From Spirochaetia bacterium (lineage in GTDB: Bacteria; Spirochaetota; Spirochaetia; SZUA-6; Bin103), in assembly GCA_965203905.1 (NCBI GenBank), contig CBDBDQ010000003.1, positions 1 through 64,000 on the forward strand: a DNA stretch of 64,000 bases, read 5' to 3'. Shown here piece after piece: positions 12,701 through 21,726 of this stretch. The position numbers were made by a program, and so were the translations under genes. Each line of letters opens with the position of its first letter. Position 1 is the first letter of the stretch. Under the pieces are notes generated by a model. The model searched no databases. It was not told the origin of the DNA and saw only the letters and a program-made list of their open reading frames with translations.

Positions 12701-13916
12701 TCCTCGTTCCTGGCCCGCACCCTGACCTGGAGCACGCTTCCCTCGGTGAGGCCGGTGACGGTCGCGGCCCTCCCGTTGTTCTCGGCAGTGACGGTGGTGC
12801 TGAGTCGACTCGCATCGTTCCACGGCGGCCAAGTGTCGCCGCTCATGACCCGCCACTGGTAGTCGTAGCCGGCGATCGGCTTGCCGCCGTCGTAGTCCGG
12901 GGCGTCCCAAGTGAGGTCTATTTCGGTGCCCTTGGGCGTGTAGCTGAGATCGGTGGGCGCGCCCGGCATTGCCGCCACCACTTTGAAGACGGGCGAGAGC
13001 ACGTAGAAGGGATGGCGACGGTCCAGGTTATCCCGGCAGAAAGCCCAGAAGCCACCCGGCTTTGCCTGCGTGTAGCCGGCGTTCAGTTCCTTGCCGGGTG
13101 TATCGGGCTCTCCGAAACCGATATATTCGGCATGTCTGAAAACATAATGGTGATTAGGCCACGCAGTGCCGTCTGACGTGCTGCCGGTCCACACCCGTCC
13201 AACCCATTCACCGTTCACACCGTTGACGGCGGTATCGTTGTGGTGGCGGATATGCTCGCCCCAGATGTTTCTATGGTGCCGGTTGCTCCAGCTTCCGTCG
13301 TAGAAGTCACGGTAGTTGTCCGCTACCTTGTTGCCGGTGACCCACCAGATCGGGCGTCCGGGTTGGCTTTCACTGAAGTCGGTGCCTGTATTGCGGCGCG
13401 CGTTGACCACAGACCGGCCGCTCCAGCCGGACACCACCGCCCGGAAGTCGTCGGCGTATTGAGCAAGGCCCCTGCCGTGCTTGCGGATGTACCAACTCCC
13501 GTGGGAGTTGAACTCGGGCAACTCCGACCTGCCTATTATGGCGCCGTCCCGGTACCTGCCGCAGGAGAGGTTTGAATTGTAAAAGTGGGCGTCGCCGCCG
13601 GTGGTGACCGCCAGTAGCCGGAACCGCTCACCAACCGGATAGTTGCCCGGTTTGAAAGACCAGTTGTGCGGCACCTCGTGCACCGGGATGTTCTGCTCGG
13701 TAATCTGGGCCGCGGCCTCGGGCGCCGAACCGAGCCCCGCCCACAGCAGCACCAGGCCGGCGAACGCGCCCGCCGGTCGCCGGTCGCCGGTCGCCGGTCG
13801 CCGGTCGCCGGTCGCCGGTCGCCGGTCGCCGGTCGCCGGTCGCCGGTCGCCGGTCGCCGGATGGTGCAGACCACCGATCTCAAGATGTCAAGTAGGTCTG
13901 GCCTCGTTCGCTTCAT
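700..13916 (-). CDS. Giant secreted/surface adhesin (N-terminal lectin-like domain, many FN3, Calx-beta, SwmB-like and cadherin domains). Probable true start 13916 is out of frame with the body ORF 700..13752
   Basis: 4350-aa ORF with FN3 motifs (LTWDAP..DGG.PI.GY.Y), Calx-beta motifs (EGDETF.V.L, TITDDD), a cadherin block (AENGTDVGTV..DAD..FSID..GVLTF.AAPDFE) and a SwmB-like block (LTLTYDEAL..RDLAGN). The signal peptide ends LWAGLGSAPEAAA|Q. ATG at 13916 has an AGGA upstream. Confidence 0.9.
13771..13860. repeat. Perfect heptamer tandem repeat (CGCCGGT), 12 copies + 6 bp, inside the adhesin signal-peptide coding region
   Basis: Directly visible: 90 bp of uninterrupted CGCCGGT. Confidence 0.97.
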
Positions 13917-13989
13917 GTCGAGGGGTTTCCTGGCGAGTCGGGACGGTCACTCGTGACGCCGAAGACGACTGGCCGCGCCGCGCACTTGC

Positions 13990-14110
13990 ATGTCGGACAG
14001 GATCGAGAATACAGACGAACCGCGCCGAGCTCGCTACTTCCAGAAGGTGTTCTCCGGTACAGAGGACGCCGCCAGCCTGCTGCGCTCCTGCGTGCCGCCG
14101 TCGCGTGGCC
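13990..14110 (+). pseudogene. 5' fragment duplicate of the rpn gene
   Basis: 14035-14097 matches 17057-17119 at 61/63 nt (YFQKVFS.TEDAASLLRSCVP), then diverges. Confidence 0.85.
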
Positions 14111-14284
14111 GTGCCCCGGTCGTGGGCTTGTTGCCGAGGGTTGTCTCCGAACATCGTAACCTCACGCGATTACAACACCAGCGGCGAAGCATCGGGTTCC
14201 GCCGCCCTCAAGGAAGCCGCGCTAGCGCGGCGCGCGCCGACTGCCAGCCTGCGCGGCATTCCGCTTCGTCGATCCGACCAACAC

Positions 14285-14385
14285 AGTTCTGACCGTATAT
14301 ATTGTAGGACACCATGTGTAAATTTTTCGTGTGAACCTTGGGGTTTATAGTGTGGTTTTTGGAAAATTGAGATAGTCTTTCCCGC
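14285..14385. promoter_or_regulatory. AT-rich probable divergent promoter region between adhesin and hybrid kinase
   Basis: Sharp AT-rich stretch in a ~70% GC context between divergent genes; no specific -10/-35 assigned. Confidence 0.45.
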
Positions 14386-14461
14386 AGCGCGCAGCGGACG
14401 ACCTGGCACACCGCGATCCCGGCGCCCGGGGAGCTGCGCCGAACGGGAAGAAGGAGGAATC

Positions 14462-16804
14462 TTGACACAGTCCGACGACGCGAGGCGGGAGCACCAGGCG
14501 CTGCGCGGGCCCATCGCAACCCTCAACGCCGCCATCCTGCGCATCAACGCGACCCTCGACCTCGACACCGTGCTCGGCGAAGTGGTGGAGGGCGCCCGCG
14601 CCCTCACCGGCGCCCGCTACGGCGTCATCGTCGCCGTCGACGAAGAGGGCGCGCCCCAGGACCCGGTCTTCTCGGGCCTCTCTCCGGACGAGGAGCGGGA
14701 ACTGCTCGCCTGGCCCGGCCGCGAGCCCCTGTTCGAGCATCTCCGGACGCTGCCGGGTCCGTTGCGGCTCGCCGATCTTCCGGGCTACGTCCGCGCGCTC
14801 GGCATCGACTCTGCCTGGACCTTCTCCCGGACCTTCCAGGGCACGCCGATGCGCCACCGGGGCGTGGAGGCGGGCGGCTTCTTCCTCGCGGAGAAGGCCG
14901 ACGGCGAAGCGTTCACCGACGCGGACGAGGAGGTGCTGACGCTGTTCGCCTCCCAGGCCGCCTCGGCGATCGCCAACGCGCGCACCCACCGCAGCGAGCG
15001 GCGCGCGCGGGCCGACCTGGAGGCCCTGGTCGAGACCTCGCCGGTGGGCGTTGTGGTCTTCGATGCGAAGAGCGGCCGTCCGGTGTTCTTCAACCGCGAG
15101 ATGCGGCGGATCGTGGAGAGCCTGCGCATGCCCGGCCATCCGCCCGAGCAGCTCCTGGAGGTGATGTCCTTCCGCCGCGCCGACGGGCGCGAGGTGTCCT
15201 TGAGCGAGTTGCCCATCGCGCAGCAGCTCAACAGTGGCCAGACGCTGCGTGCCGAGGAAGTGGTGCTCTCGGTGCCGGATGGACGCAGCGTCAGGACGCT
15301 GATCAACGCCACCCCGATCCCGGCCGAAGGGGACGCCATCGGCTCGGTCGTGGTGACCGTTCAGGATCTTGCGCCGCTCGACGAGATCGAGCGCATGCGG
15401 ACCGAGTTCCTGGGCCTGGTGAGCCACGAGCTGCGCGAGCCGCTCGCCGCCATCAAGGGCTCGGCGGTGACGCTGATGGAGGAGGCGGCGGCGCTCGACC
15501 CGGCCGAGATGCGCGAGTTCCACCGCCTCATCGTCGAGCAGACCGACCACATGCGCGGCTTGATCGGCGATCTGCTCGATGCCGGGCGCATCGAGGCGGG
15601 CACGCTCTCGGTGGCACCCGAGCCCTCGGAGGTGGCCGACCTGGTGGAGCGCGCGCGCAGCACGTTTCTGAGCGGAGGCGCGCGGCATGGCGTGCTCATC
15701 GACCTTCCGCCGGACCTGCCCCGGGTGATGACCGACCGGCGGCGCATCGTGCAGGTGCTGAACAACCTGCTCGCCAACGCCGCACGCCACGCTCCGGAGT
15801 CGTCCGCCATTCGGATCTCGGCGCTGCGCGAGGACGCCCATGTCGCGGTCGCGGTCTCCGACGAGGGCCGCGGCCTGGCGCCGGAGCGACTGGCGCACCT
15901 GTTCCGCAAGCACATTCCCCCCGAGAGCGGCGGACCGGGGGACAGGACGCCGGGCCAGGGCCTGGGTCTCGCGATCTGCAAGGGCCTGGTGGAGGCGCAT
16001 GGCGGGCGCATCCACGCCGAGAGCGCCGGTCCCGGCCGGGGTACGACCATCGTCTTCACCGTGCCGGTGGCCGACGAAGCCGGCGCCGCGCCGGGACCGT
16101 CGCGCCCGCCCCGCGAAGGTGCCGAGCCCGACCGCATCCTCGTGGTCGACGACGACCCCCGCACGCTGCGCCTGGTGCGCGACGCACTCTCGGCCGATGG
16201 CTACGCGCCCGTGGTCACCGGCGATCATCACGAGCTGGCGCGCATCCTGCGCGCGGAGAGGCCGGCGCTCGCCGTGCTCGACCTGGTGCTGCCCGGCGCC
16301 GACGGCATCGAGCTGATGGGGCAGATTGCCGAGCTCTCCGACCTGCCGGTCATCTTCATCTCGGCCTATGGCCGCGACGAGACCGTCGCGAGGGCGCTCG
16401 ATGCCGGCGCAGCAGACTACATCGTCAAGCCGTTCTCGCCGACCGAGCTCACCGCACGGGTGCGGGCGGCGCTGCGAAGGCGCCAGCGGCCGGCGCCGTT
16501 CGTGCTGGGCGAGCTCGCGATCGACTACGAGAGCCGCCGCGTCACGGTAGCGGGCCGCGCGGTGGACCTCACCGCGACCGAGCACGCGCTCCTGCGAGTG
16601 CTCTCGCTCAACGCCGGACGGGTGGTCCCCTACGACAAGCTGCTGCGCCAGGTGTGGGGCGGGCGGGAATACGCCGGCCCGAACCTGGTGCGCATCTTCG
16701 TCAGGAACCTCCGCCGCAAGCTCGGCGAGGACGCCGAGCGCCCGGCCTGGATCTTCAACCAGCGCGGCGTCGGATACCGCATGCCGGATCCGGACGAACC
16801 GTAA
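14462..16804 (+). CDS. Hybrid sensor/regulator GAF-PAS-HisKA-HATPase-REC-OmpR-type winged helix
   Basis: SHELREPL H-box, NLLANA N-box, DEGRG and GLGLAICK G-boxes, LVVDDD/LDLVLP/KPF receiver, C-terminal LT.TE..LL...LRRKL..RGVGYR. Confidence 0.93.
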   Translation: MTQSDDARREHQALRGPIATLNAAILRINATLDLDTVLGEVVEGARALTGARYGVIVAVDEEGAPQDPVFSGLSPDEERELLAWPGREPLFEHLRTLPGPLRLADLPGYVRALGIDSAWTFSRTFQGTPMRHRGVEAGGFFLAEKADGEAFTDADEEVLTLFASQAASAIANARTHRSERRARADLEALVETSPVGVVVFDAKSGRPVFFNREMRRIVESLRMPGHPPEQLLEVMSFRRADGREVSLSELPIAQQLNSGQTLRAEEVVLSVPDGRSVRTLINATPIPAEGDAIGSVVVTVQDLAPLDEIERMRTEFLGLVSHELREPLAAIKGSAVTLMEEAAALDPAEMREFHRLIVEQTDHMRGLIGDLLDAGRIEAGTLSVAPEPSEVADLVERARSTFLSGGARHGVLIDLPPDLPRVMTDRRRIVQVLNNLLANAARHAPESSAIRISALREDAHVAVAVSDEGRGLAPERLAHLFRKHIPPESGGPGDRTPGQGLGLAICKGLVEAHGGRIHAESAGPGRGTTIVFTVPVADEAGAAPGPSRPPREGAEPDRILVVDDDPRTLRLVRDALSADGYAPVVTGDHHELARILRAERPALAVLDLVLPGADGIELMGQIAELSDLPVIFISAYGRDETVARALDAGAADYIVKPFSPTELTARVRAALRRRQRPAPFVLGELAIDYESRRVTVAGRAVDLTATEHALLRVLSLNAGRVVPYDKLLRQVWGGREYAGPNLVRIFVRNLRRKLGEDAERPAWIFNQRGVGYRMPDPDEP

Positions 16805-16981
16805 TCGGTGGGCGCGCCCGAACACGCCGGCTCGGGCGCGTGGGCTCGGTCGAACCGACGACAACCAGACCCCCTTGAGTCGAAGCCGCCACTGATCGCA
16901 TCTCATCGGTCCTGCTTGCGATACCTGCAAGTGTCTCGCGTTGACAGCGAGCCAACCCGTGGCTACGTTCGGCGTCCGCCC

Positions 16982-18055
16982 ATGGCCGACCAACCGGCAT
17001 CGGAGCAGGCGGACCCCGGCGCACCGCAGCCGGAGGTCAGCCGACCGCACGACAAGTACTTCCAGAAGGTGTTCTCCGATACCGAGGACGCCGCCAGCCT
17101 GCTGCGCTCCTGCGTGCCGTCGACGCTCGGGCGGACGCTGCGCTGGTCGACGCTCACCCACCTGCCGGGCCGCTTCGTCAGCGACGACTGGCACGACAGC
17201 GAAGCGGACCTGCTGTTCTCGGTGGAACGGGAAGGCGGCGACGAGGTGCCGGTGCTGCTGTACGTGCTGCTGGAGCATCAGTCGACGCCGGACCGGTGGA
17301 TGCCGTTGCGGATGCTGAACTACTGCACGCAGGTATGGGTCGCGTGGCAGTACAGACACCGGCAGGCGGAGCGGTTGCCGCTGATCGTGCCGCTGGTATT
17401 CTATCAGGGAGGGGAACGCTGGGAGTACGTGCGGGAGTTCGCGGAGTTGGTAGCGGATGCGGAGGACTGGCGGTGGGTGCCGAGGTTCGAGCATCTGCTG
17501 ATCGACCAGACAGAGCAGAGCCCGGATTCGGTGTCGGGGTCGGTGGGAGCGAAGCTGCTGCAGATCCTGATGATGGCGAGGTTTCGCAAAGCGGCCGACG
17601 AGTTGCTGGAGCGGGCGACGCGGATGATGGGGGACCTGTACCGCACCAAGGGGTTCGCCGCGGTGGCGCGGCACGTGGAGTACGTGCTGGCGACGCAGCC
17701 GGAGGAAAACCGGAAGTACTTTGCCGAGGAGTTGCGGAGGAACGTGCCGGGACCGGGAGGAGACCTGATGAACTACGTTGAGGAGTTGATCGAGCAGGGC
17801 CGAAAGGAAGGCCTACAGGAAGGCCGACGGGAAGGCCGACAGGAAGGCCGGCAGGAAGGCCGGCAGGAAGGCCGGCAGGAAGGCCGGCAGGAAGGCCGGC
17901 AGGAAGGCCAGGTCCGAACGATCGAGGGCTTCCTGCAACAGGATTTGCCGTGGTCCGCCATCGAGGCGGCTACCGGGATCGACGAGGCCGCATTCCGGCG
18001 CCTGAAGCAGGAACTGGACACGGCTGACGGCGGCGCACGCCGCCAACCGGACTGA
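16982..18055 (+). CDS. rpn: Rpn family recombination-promoting nuclease / YhgA-like PD-(D/E)XK protein
   Basis: PHDKYFQKVFS, EADLLFSV, YVLLEHQS.PD..MPLRML.Y, LPLIVPLVFYQG, C-terminal EGRQE repeats. Confidence 0.92.
   Translation: MADQPASEQADPGAPQPEVSRPHDKYFQKVFSDTEDAASLLRSCVPSTLGRTLRWSTLTHLPGRFVSDDWHDSEADLLFSVEREGGDEVPVLLYVLLEHQSTPDRWMPLRMLNYCTQVWVAWQYRHRQAERLPLIVPLVFYQGGERWEYVREFAELVADAEDWRWVPRFEHLLIDQTEQSPDSVSGSVGAKLLQILMMARFRKAADELLERATRMMGDLYRTKGFAAVARHVEYVLATQPEENRKYFAEELRRNVPGPGGDLMNYVEELIEQGRKEGLQEGRREGRQEGRQEGRQEGRQEGRQEGRQEGQVRTIEGFLQQDLPWSAIEAATGIDEAAFRRLKQELDTADGGARRQPD
17768..18055 (+). CDS. Putative intragenic in-frame small protein (RpnS-type antitoxin), 95 aa
   Basis: GGAGG at 17756-17760 followed 7 nt later by an in-frame ATG (MNYVEELIEQGRKEG...). 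Matches the known RpnL/RpnS arrangement. Confidence 0.7.
   Translation: MNYVEELIEQGRKEGLQEGRREGRQEGRQEGRQEGRQEGRQEGRQEGQVRTIEGFLQQDLPWSAIEAATGIDEAAFRRLKQELDTADGGARRQPD
17798..17909 (+). repeat. 12-bp coding tandem repeat (GGCCGGCAGGAA, ~9 copies; GRQE)
   Basis: Directly visible; in frame. Confidence 0.92.
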
Positions 18056-18081
18056 TACGCCAAAGACCACGGACGACGGTC

Positions 18082-18744
18082 ATGCACAGCAGCTTTCTCC
18101 GGGGATCCGACTTCCGCCTCACGCTTCGGGGGGAGGAGGTGTCCCACGCCCAATTCTTCCGCGACCTCAGCGCGACCGATCGGTTGGGTGTGCTGGCCCC
18201 CGGCGGTATCGACGGCCTGGGCGCGTGTTTGCTGCTGCTGGCCCACACCACCGCGTTCTACGACCGCTATCGCGCGACGGGCGACGACTTCTTCGCCTAC
18301 CCCGACCACTACACGTTTCAGCGGCAGACTCCGCCCGCCTCCTACTCCATGCTCGATGTCTGGCCCCGGCACAAGAACGTGCCGGTCGCCGACGATGCCG
18401 GGGAGACGCTCGACGCGATCCTGGACCGGGCGATCAACGTGCTCGTGGTCCCGGCCGGGAGTGCTGGAGCCGCCGAGTTCGCACCGGTGCAGATGGCCAG
18501 CGCCCGCCGCACCATCCGGCGCTGCTACACGTACTCGGCGACCGGGTCGACCGAGCAGCCCACGCTCACGGTGGCCTGCGGCCGCGCCGAGCCTGCCGCG
18601 TGGGCCGGCGCCGTGATCGACTCCCTTCCTCCCGACGACACCACCGTGCGCAGCCACTGGCTCCGCGTCGCGGCGGGCGGCTCGATTCCGGAGCAGTCGT
18701 TCAGCGAGGTCTCGCTGCAGCAGGCGCTCGCCCTGGTCCGCTGA
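18082..18744 (+). CDS. Conserved hypothetical protein
   Basis: 220-aa ORF with host codon bias; no family recognised. Confidence 0.7.
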   Translation: MHSSFLRGSDFRLTLRGEEVSHAQFFRDLSATDRLGVLAPGGIDGLGACLLLLAHTTAFYDRYRATGDDFFAYPDHYTFQRQTPPASYSMLDVWPRHKNVPVADDAGETLDAILDRAINVLVVPAGSAGAAEFAPVQMASARRTIRRCYTYSATGSTEQPTLTVACGRAEPAAWAGAVIDSLPPDDTTVRSHWLRVAAGGSIPEQSFSEVSLQQALALVR

Positions 18745-18870
18745 CACCGATACAGCCCGTCCTGAGCACCTGCATGCAGAGCGTGCAAGGCCAGATACTG
18801 CGGTTCCTCCTCCGGATGATGCCTCGACAGTGGTTCGGCGCTGGGCTACCGTCAGGACCGAGACCTTGCC

Positions 18871-19653
18871 ATGAATGCGGTTCCAAGTGCGGAGGAGCGC
18901 TACTCGTTCGAGACCGACGGATACTTGGTGGTGGACTCGTTTCTCGGTTCCGAGCACGTGGCTCGGTTGCGCGAAGCGTTGCGGCGGGCGATCGCGAGGC
19001 GCCGTGAGCTGGAGCGGCGCGGGACACCGCACTTCGCGCGCCCGGGTGACGAGCATGCGGGCAGCACCCGGATCTTCTACCTGCTGGCCGATGATCCGCT
19101 GTTCCTGGAGCTGGCCGACCATCCGCCGGCGATGCCGTACATTCGCGCCCTGCTCAACCAGAACAAGCCCCACTTCCACGCCTCCGACGCGTTCTGGGAG
19201 GAAGGAGCGCACGCCGGCCCCGCGCGCTGGCACATCGACGGCCCCGACAACGGCTTCCGCAACCTGCGGCCGCGAGTGCCGATGCTGGAGCTGAAGATCG
19301 GCTATTTCCTGTCCGACATGACACTGCCGGACCAGGGCAACCTGATGGTGGTGCCCGGCTCACACAAGACCGACTTCGAACCCACGGCGGATGCGCGCAG
19401 CGGCTTCGACACGTTCCCGGGCGCCACCCAGGTGTGCTGTCCGGTGGGCTCCTGTGTGATCTTCCACAATGCTCTGTGGCATACGCGTGGTCCCGCGACC
19501 CGCGCCGACGGACGCCGCATCATGCTCTACTACGCCTACGAGCACCCGTGGATGATCGGCAGCCCCGAGCACACCGCCTATCCGCGCGCGTTCTACGCCG
19601 GGCTGTCGGACGCCCGCCGCAAGCTGTTCCACGACTTCCTGTTCCGGTTCTGA
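18871..19653 (+). CDS. Phytanoyl-CoA dioxygenase (PhyH) family Fe(II)/2OG oxygenase
   Basis: F..DGYLVV, WHID, GNLMVVPGSH, IFHNALWH...R motifs. Confidence 0.9.
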   Translation: MNAVPSAEERYSFETDGYLVVDSFLGSEHVARLREALRRAIARRRELERRGTPHFARPGDEHAGSTRIFYLLADDPLFLELADHPPAMPYIRALLNQNKPHFHASDAFWEEGAHAGPARWHIDGPDNGFRNLRPRVPMLELKIGYFLSDMTLPDQGNLMVVPGSHKTDFEPTADARSGFDTFPGATQVCCPVGSCVIFHNALWHTRGPATRADGRRIMLYYAYEHPWMIGSPEHTAYPRAFYAGLSDARRKLFHDFLFRF

Positions 19654-19656
19654 CTC

Positions 19657-20520
19657 CTACCTGCTCGCGAGCAGGGTGCGCAGGTGGTCGCGGAACAGGA
19701 TGGTTTCGCTGAGGTTGTCGACACGGTTGCAGTTCTCCCACTCGGTCCACACGTACTCCAGGCCCAGGTAGCCGCGGTACCCGGTGGCGCGCATCACCTG
19801 CACGATGCGGGCGAAGTCGATGGTGTTGGCGCGCATCGAGGCCTGCAGGGCGCCGCGGCGGGCGCCGCGCACGTGGAAGTGGCTGGCGTGGGCCAGCAGC
19901 GGCTCGACCTCGCGGTCGGGGATGCCGGCGCGGGCGAAGTGGCCGTAGTCCAGGGTGAAGGTGAGACCGGGCACCGCCTCGACCAGGCGCAGGGCTGCGA
20001 GCGGGCGCGCGGCGACCGAGCCGAGGTGCGGCTCCACGCCCATGACGATCCCGGCGGCGCGGGACCGTTCCACCCGCCACGCCAGCTCCGCGTGGGCGCG
20101 GGCCAGGGAGTCGGCCCGTGGCTCATCGTCGGCGAACGGCACCCCCGGACCGATGGAGACGTGAGCCGCGCCGCAGGCGGCGGCGTACTCCAGGGCGCGC
20201 TCGAACCAGTCGCGGGCGCGGCGCCGGCGCTCCGCCAGCGGGTGGTTGATGGCGTAGGAGCGGCCGTCGTTGTCCACCTGCAGGAACACGTCGGCCGCGC
20301 ACAGGCCGTGAGCGTCGAGGCGCTTGCGCAATGCTCGCGCCGCGCGGCCGGTGTCCTGGAACTCGGTGGAGGGCTGCAGGTGGGAGCGGTCCTCGAACAG
20401 GCCGATGTCGACCGCCGGAATCTCCAGCGCGGCGATCAGTGCCAGCACCCGGTCGTGGGGCAGCAGGGGAAAGGTGAAGTCGGCACAGGCCAGCTCCAGG
20501 CGTGGTGGGGGGATGGTCAT
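19657..20520 (-). CDS. Sugar phosphate isomerase/epimerase (xylose-isomerase-like TIM barrel)
   Basis: C-terminal part of the 997-aa ORF: VEPH, TLDYGHF, HFHVR, GYRGYLGLEY. ATG overlaps the upstream stop. Confidence 0.85.
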   Translation of the reverse strand: MTIPPPRLELACADFTFPLLPHDRVLALIAALEIPAVDIGLFEDRSHLQPSTEFQDTGRAARALRKRLDAHGLCAADVFLQVDNDGRSYAINHPLAERRRRARDWFERALEYAAACGAAHVSIGPGVPFADDEPRADSLARAHAELAWRVERSRAAGIVMGVEPHLGSVAARPLAALRLVEAVPGLTFTLDYGHFARAGIPDREVEPLLAHASHFHVRGARRGALQASMRANTIDFARIVQVMRATGYRGYLGLEYVWTEWENCNRVDNLSETILFRDHLRTLLASR

Positions 20521-21590
20521 GCCACCCTCACGTCGGCGCCGGTGCGCGCCGATTCGCAGGCGGCCTCGATCAGCTTCATGGCGCTCCATCCCAGGGCGGC
20601 GGGCGATCGATTGGGCGCCGCGCCCGCCACCACCTCGACCAGGTTCTCGGCCGGTGCGTGCAGCGGGTAGCTCTCCTCCTCGGCGAGCGGGGGGTAGTCC
20701 TGCGCTGCGCCGCCAGCGGGGTACAGGCGCATGGTGCCGTGCCACAGCTCCAGGAACAACATCGCCTCGGTGCCGAACACGCGCACCTCGAAGGTACGTT
20801 CGGCGGGCATCGGCGCCCCGGTGCTGGCGATCGAGACCAGGGTGCCGCCGTCCCAGGTAGCGTTGATCGAATCGTACACGTCGACCCGGGTGTCGTAGTT
20901 GTCGAACCGCGCGAACACGGCGCGCGGGTCGCGACCGGTGAGGAACGCCAGGTAGGCGCCGACGTGCGACACCTGGGTGTAGATCTGCCCGCCGCCGCTC
21001 ACCGCCGGGTCGGCGAATGCGCCCGGCTCCGGGGGCAGGTACGGGGGCTGGCTTTCGAGGGTGTCGCTGCCGGTGAAGATCTCCTCCCACGGCAGTCCGC
21101 GGTAGATGCCGAGGCAGAAGTTGGTCATCAGCACGCTGATCAGCTTGATGTCGCCGAGGGCGCCGGAGCGGACCAGTTGCTGCGCCGCGGCGGCGTGGGC
21201 GGTGTAGTGCCACGGCCCGCTGAGCAGGAAGTGCACTCCCCGGCGCTCCGCCAGGGCCACCAGCTCGCCCGCCTCGGCGGCGGTGATGGTCATCGGCTTC
21301 TCGATCAGCACGTGCAGCCCGCGCTGCAGCGCCGCCATGGCCTGTGCATGGTGGACGTTGGGCGTGGAGCTGATCACCACCGCGTCGAGCGGTTCGCGGT
21401 CGAGCGCCTCTTCCAGCGAGGCGGCGGCACGGGGAACGCCGAAGTCGCGGGCGATGCGCTGCGCCAGCGTCCGGTCGCGGTGGTGCACGCAGCGCAACTC
21501 CGCTTGCGGGTGGCGCAACAGCGCCGGGATGTGCGCCGTGGTACCCCACCAGCCGGCGCCGATCACCGCGCAGCGAACCCGTTTTGGCAT
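20517..21590 (-). CDS. Gfo/Idh/MocA family oxidoreductase
   Basis: AVIGAGWWG, DAVVISSTPNVH, HVLIEKP, SGGG motifs. Confidence 0.92.
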   Translation of the reverse strand: MPKRVRCAVIGAGWWGTTAHIPALLRHPQAELRCVHHRDRTLAQRIARDFGVPRAAASLEEALDREPLDAVVISSTPNVHHAQAMAALQRGLHVLIEKPMTITAAEAGELVALAERRGVHFLLSGPWHYTAHAAAAQQLVRSGALGDIKLISVLMTNFCLGIYRGLPWEEIFTGSDTLESQPPYLPPEPGAFADPAVSGGGQIYTQVSHVGAYLAFLTGRDPRAVFARFDNYDTRVDVYDSINATWDGGTLVSIASTGAPMPAERTFEVRVFGTEAMLFLELWHGTMRLYPAGGAAQDYPPLAEEESYPLHAPAENLVEVVAGAAPNRSPAALGWSAMKLIEAACESARTGADVRVA

Positions 21591-21726
21591 GCCGGACAGG
21601 GTGAGCGGGAGCAGGGATCGCGTCAAGGAACCATCCGGCCGGCCACACGCATTTGACGATCTCCGGCGCGCGTGCTAAGCCCACACAGAACCCAGTGATC
21701 TGAGTCACGAGGAGGTACTCAAGACC

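Noticed and set aside
1192-13176. Many long overlapping ORFs (526-1557 aa) on both strands within the adhesin gene
   Set aside because: Arg/Gly/Ala-rich shadow frames caused by high GC3; no domains or RBS.
12975-13705. Lectin-like head as a DGR target
   Set aside because: No reverse transcriptase and no template repeat with adenine-specific differences seen in the window.
13771-13860. Heptamer array, and the GRQE array at 17798-17909, as CRISPR
   Set aside because: Contiguous short units without spacers; no cas genes.
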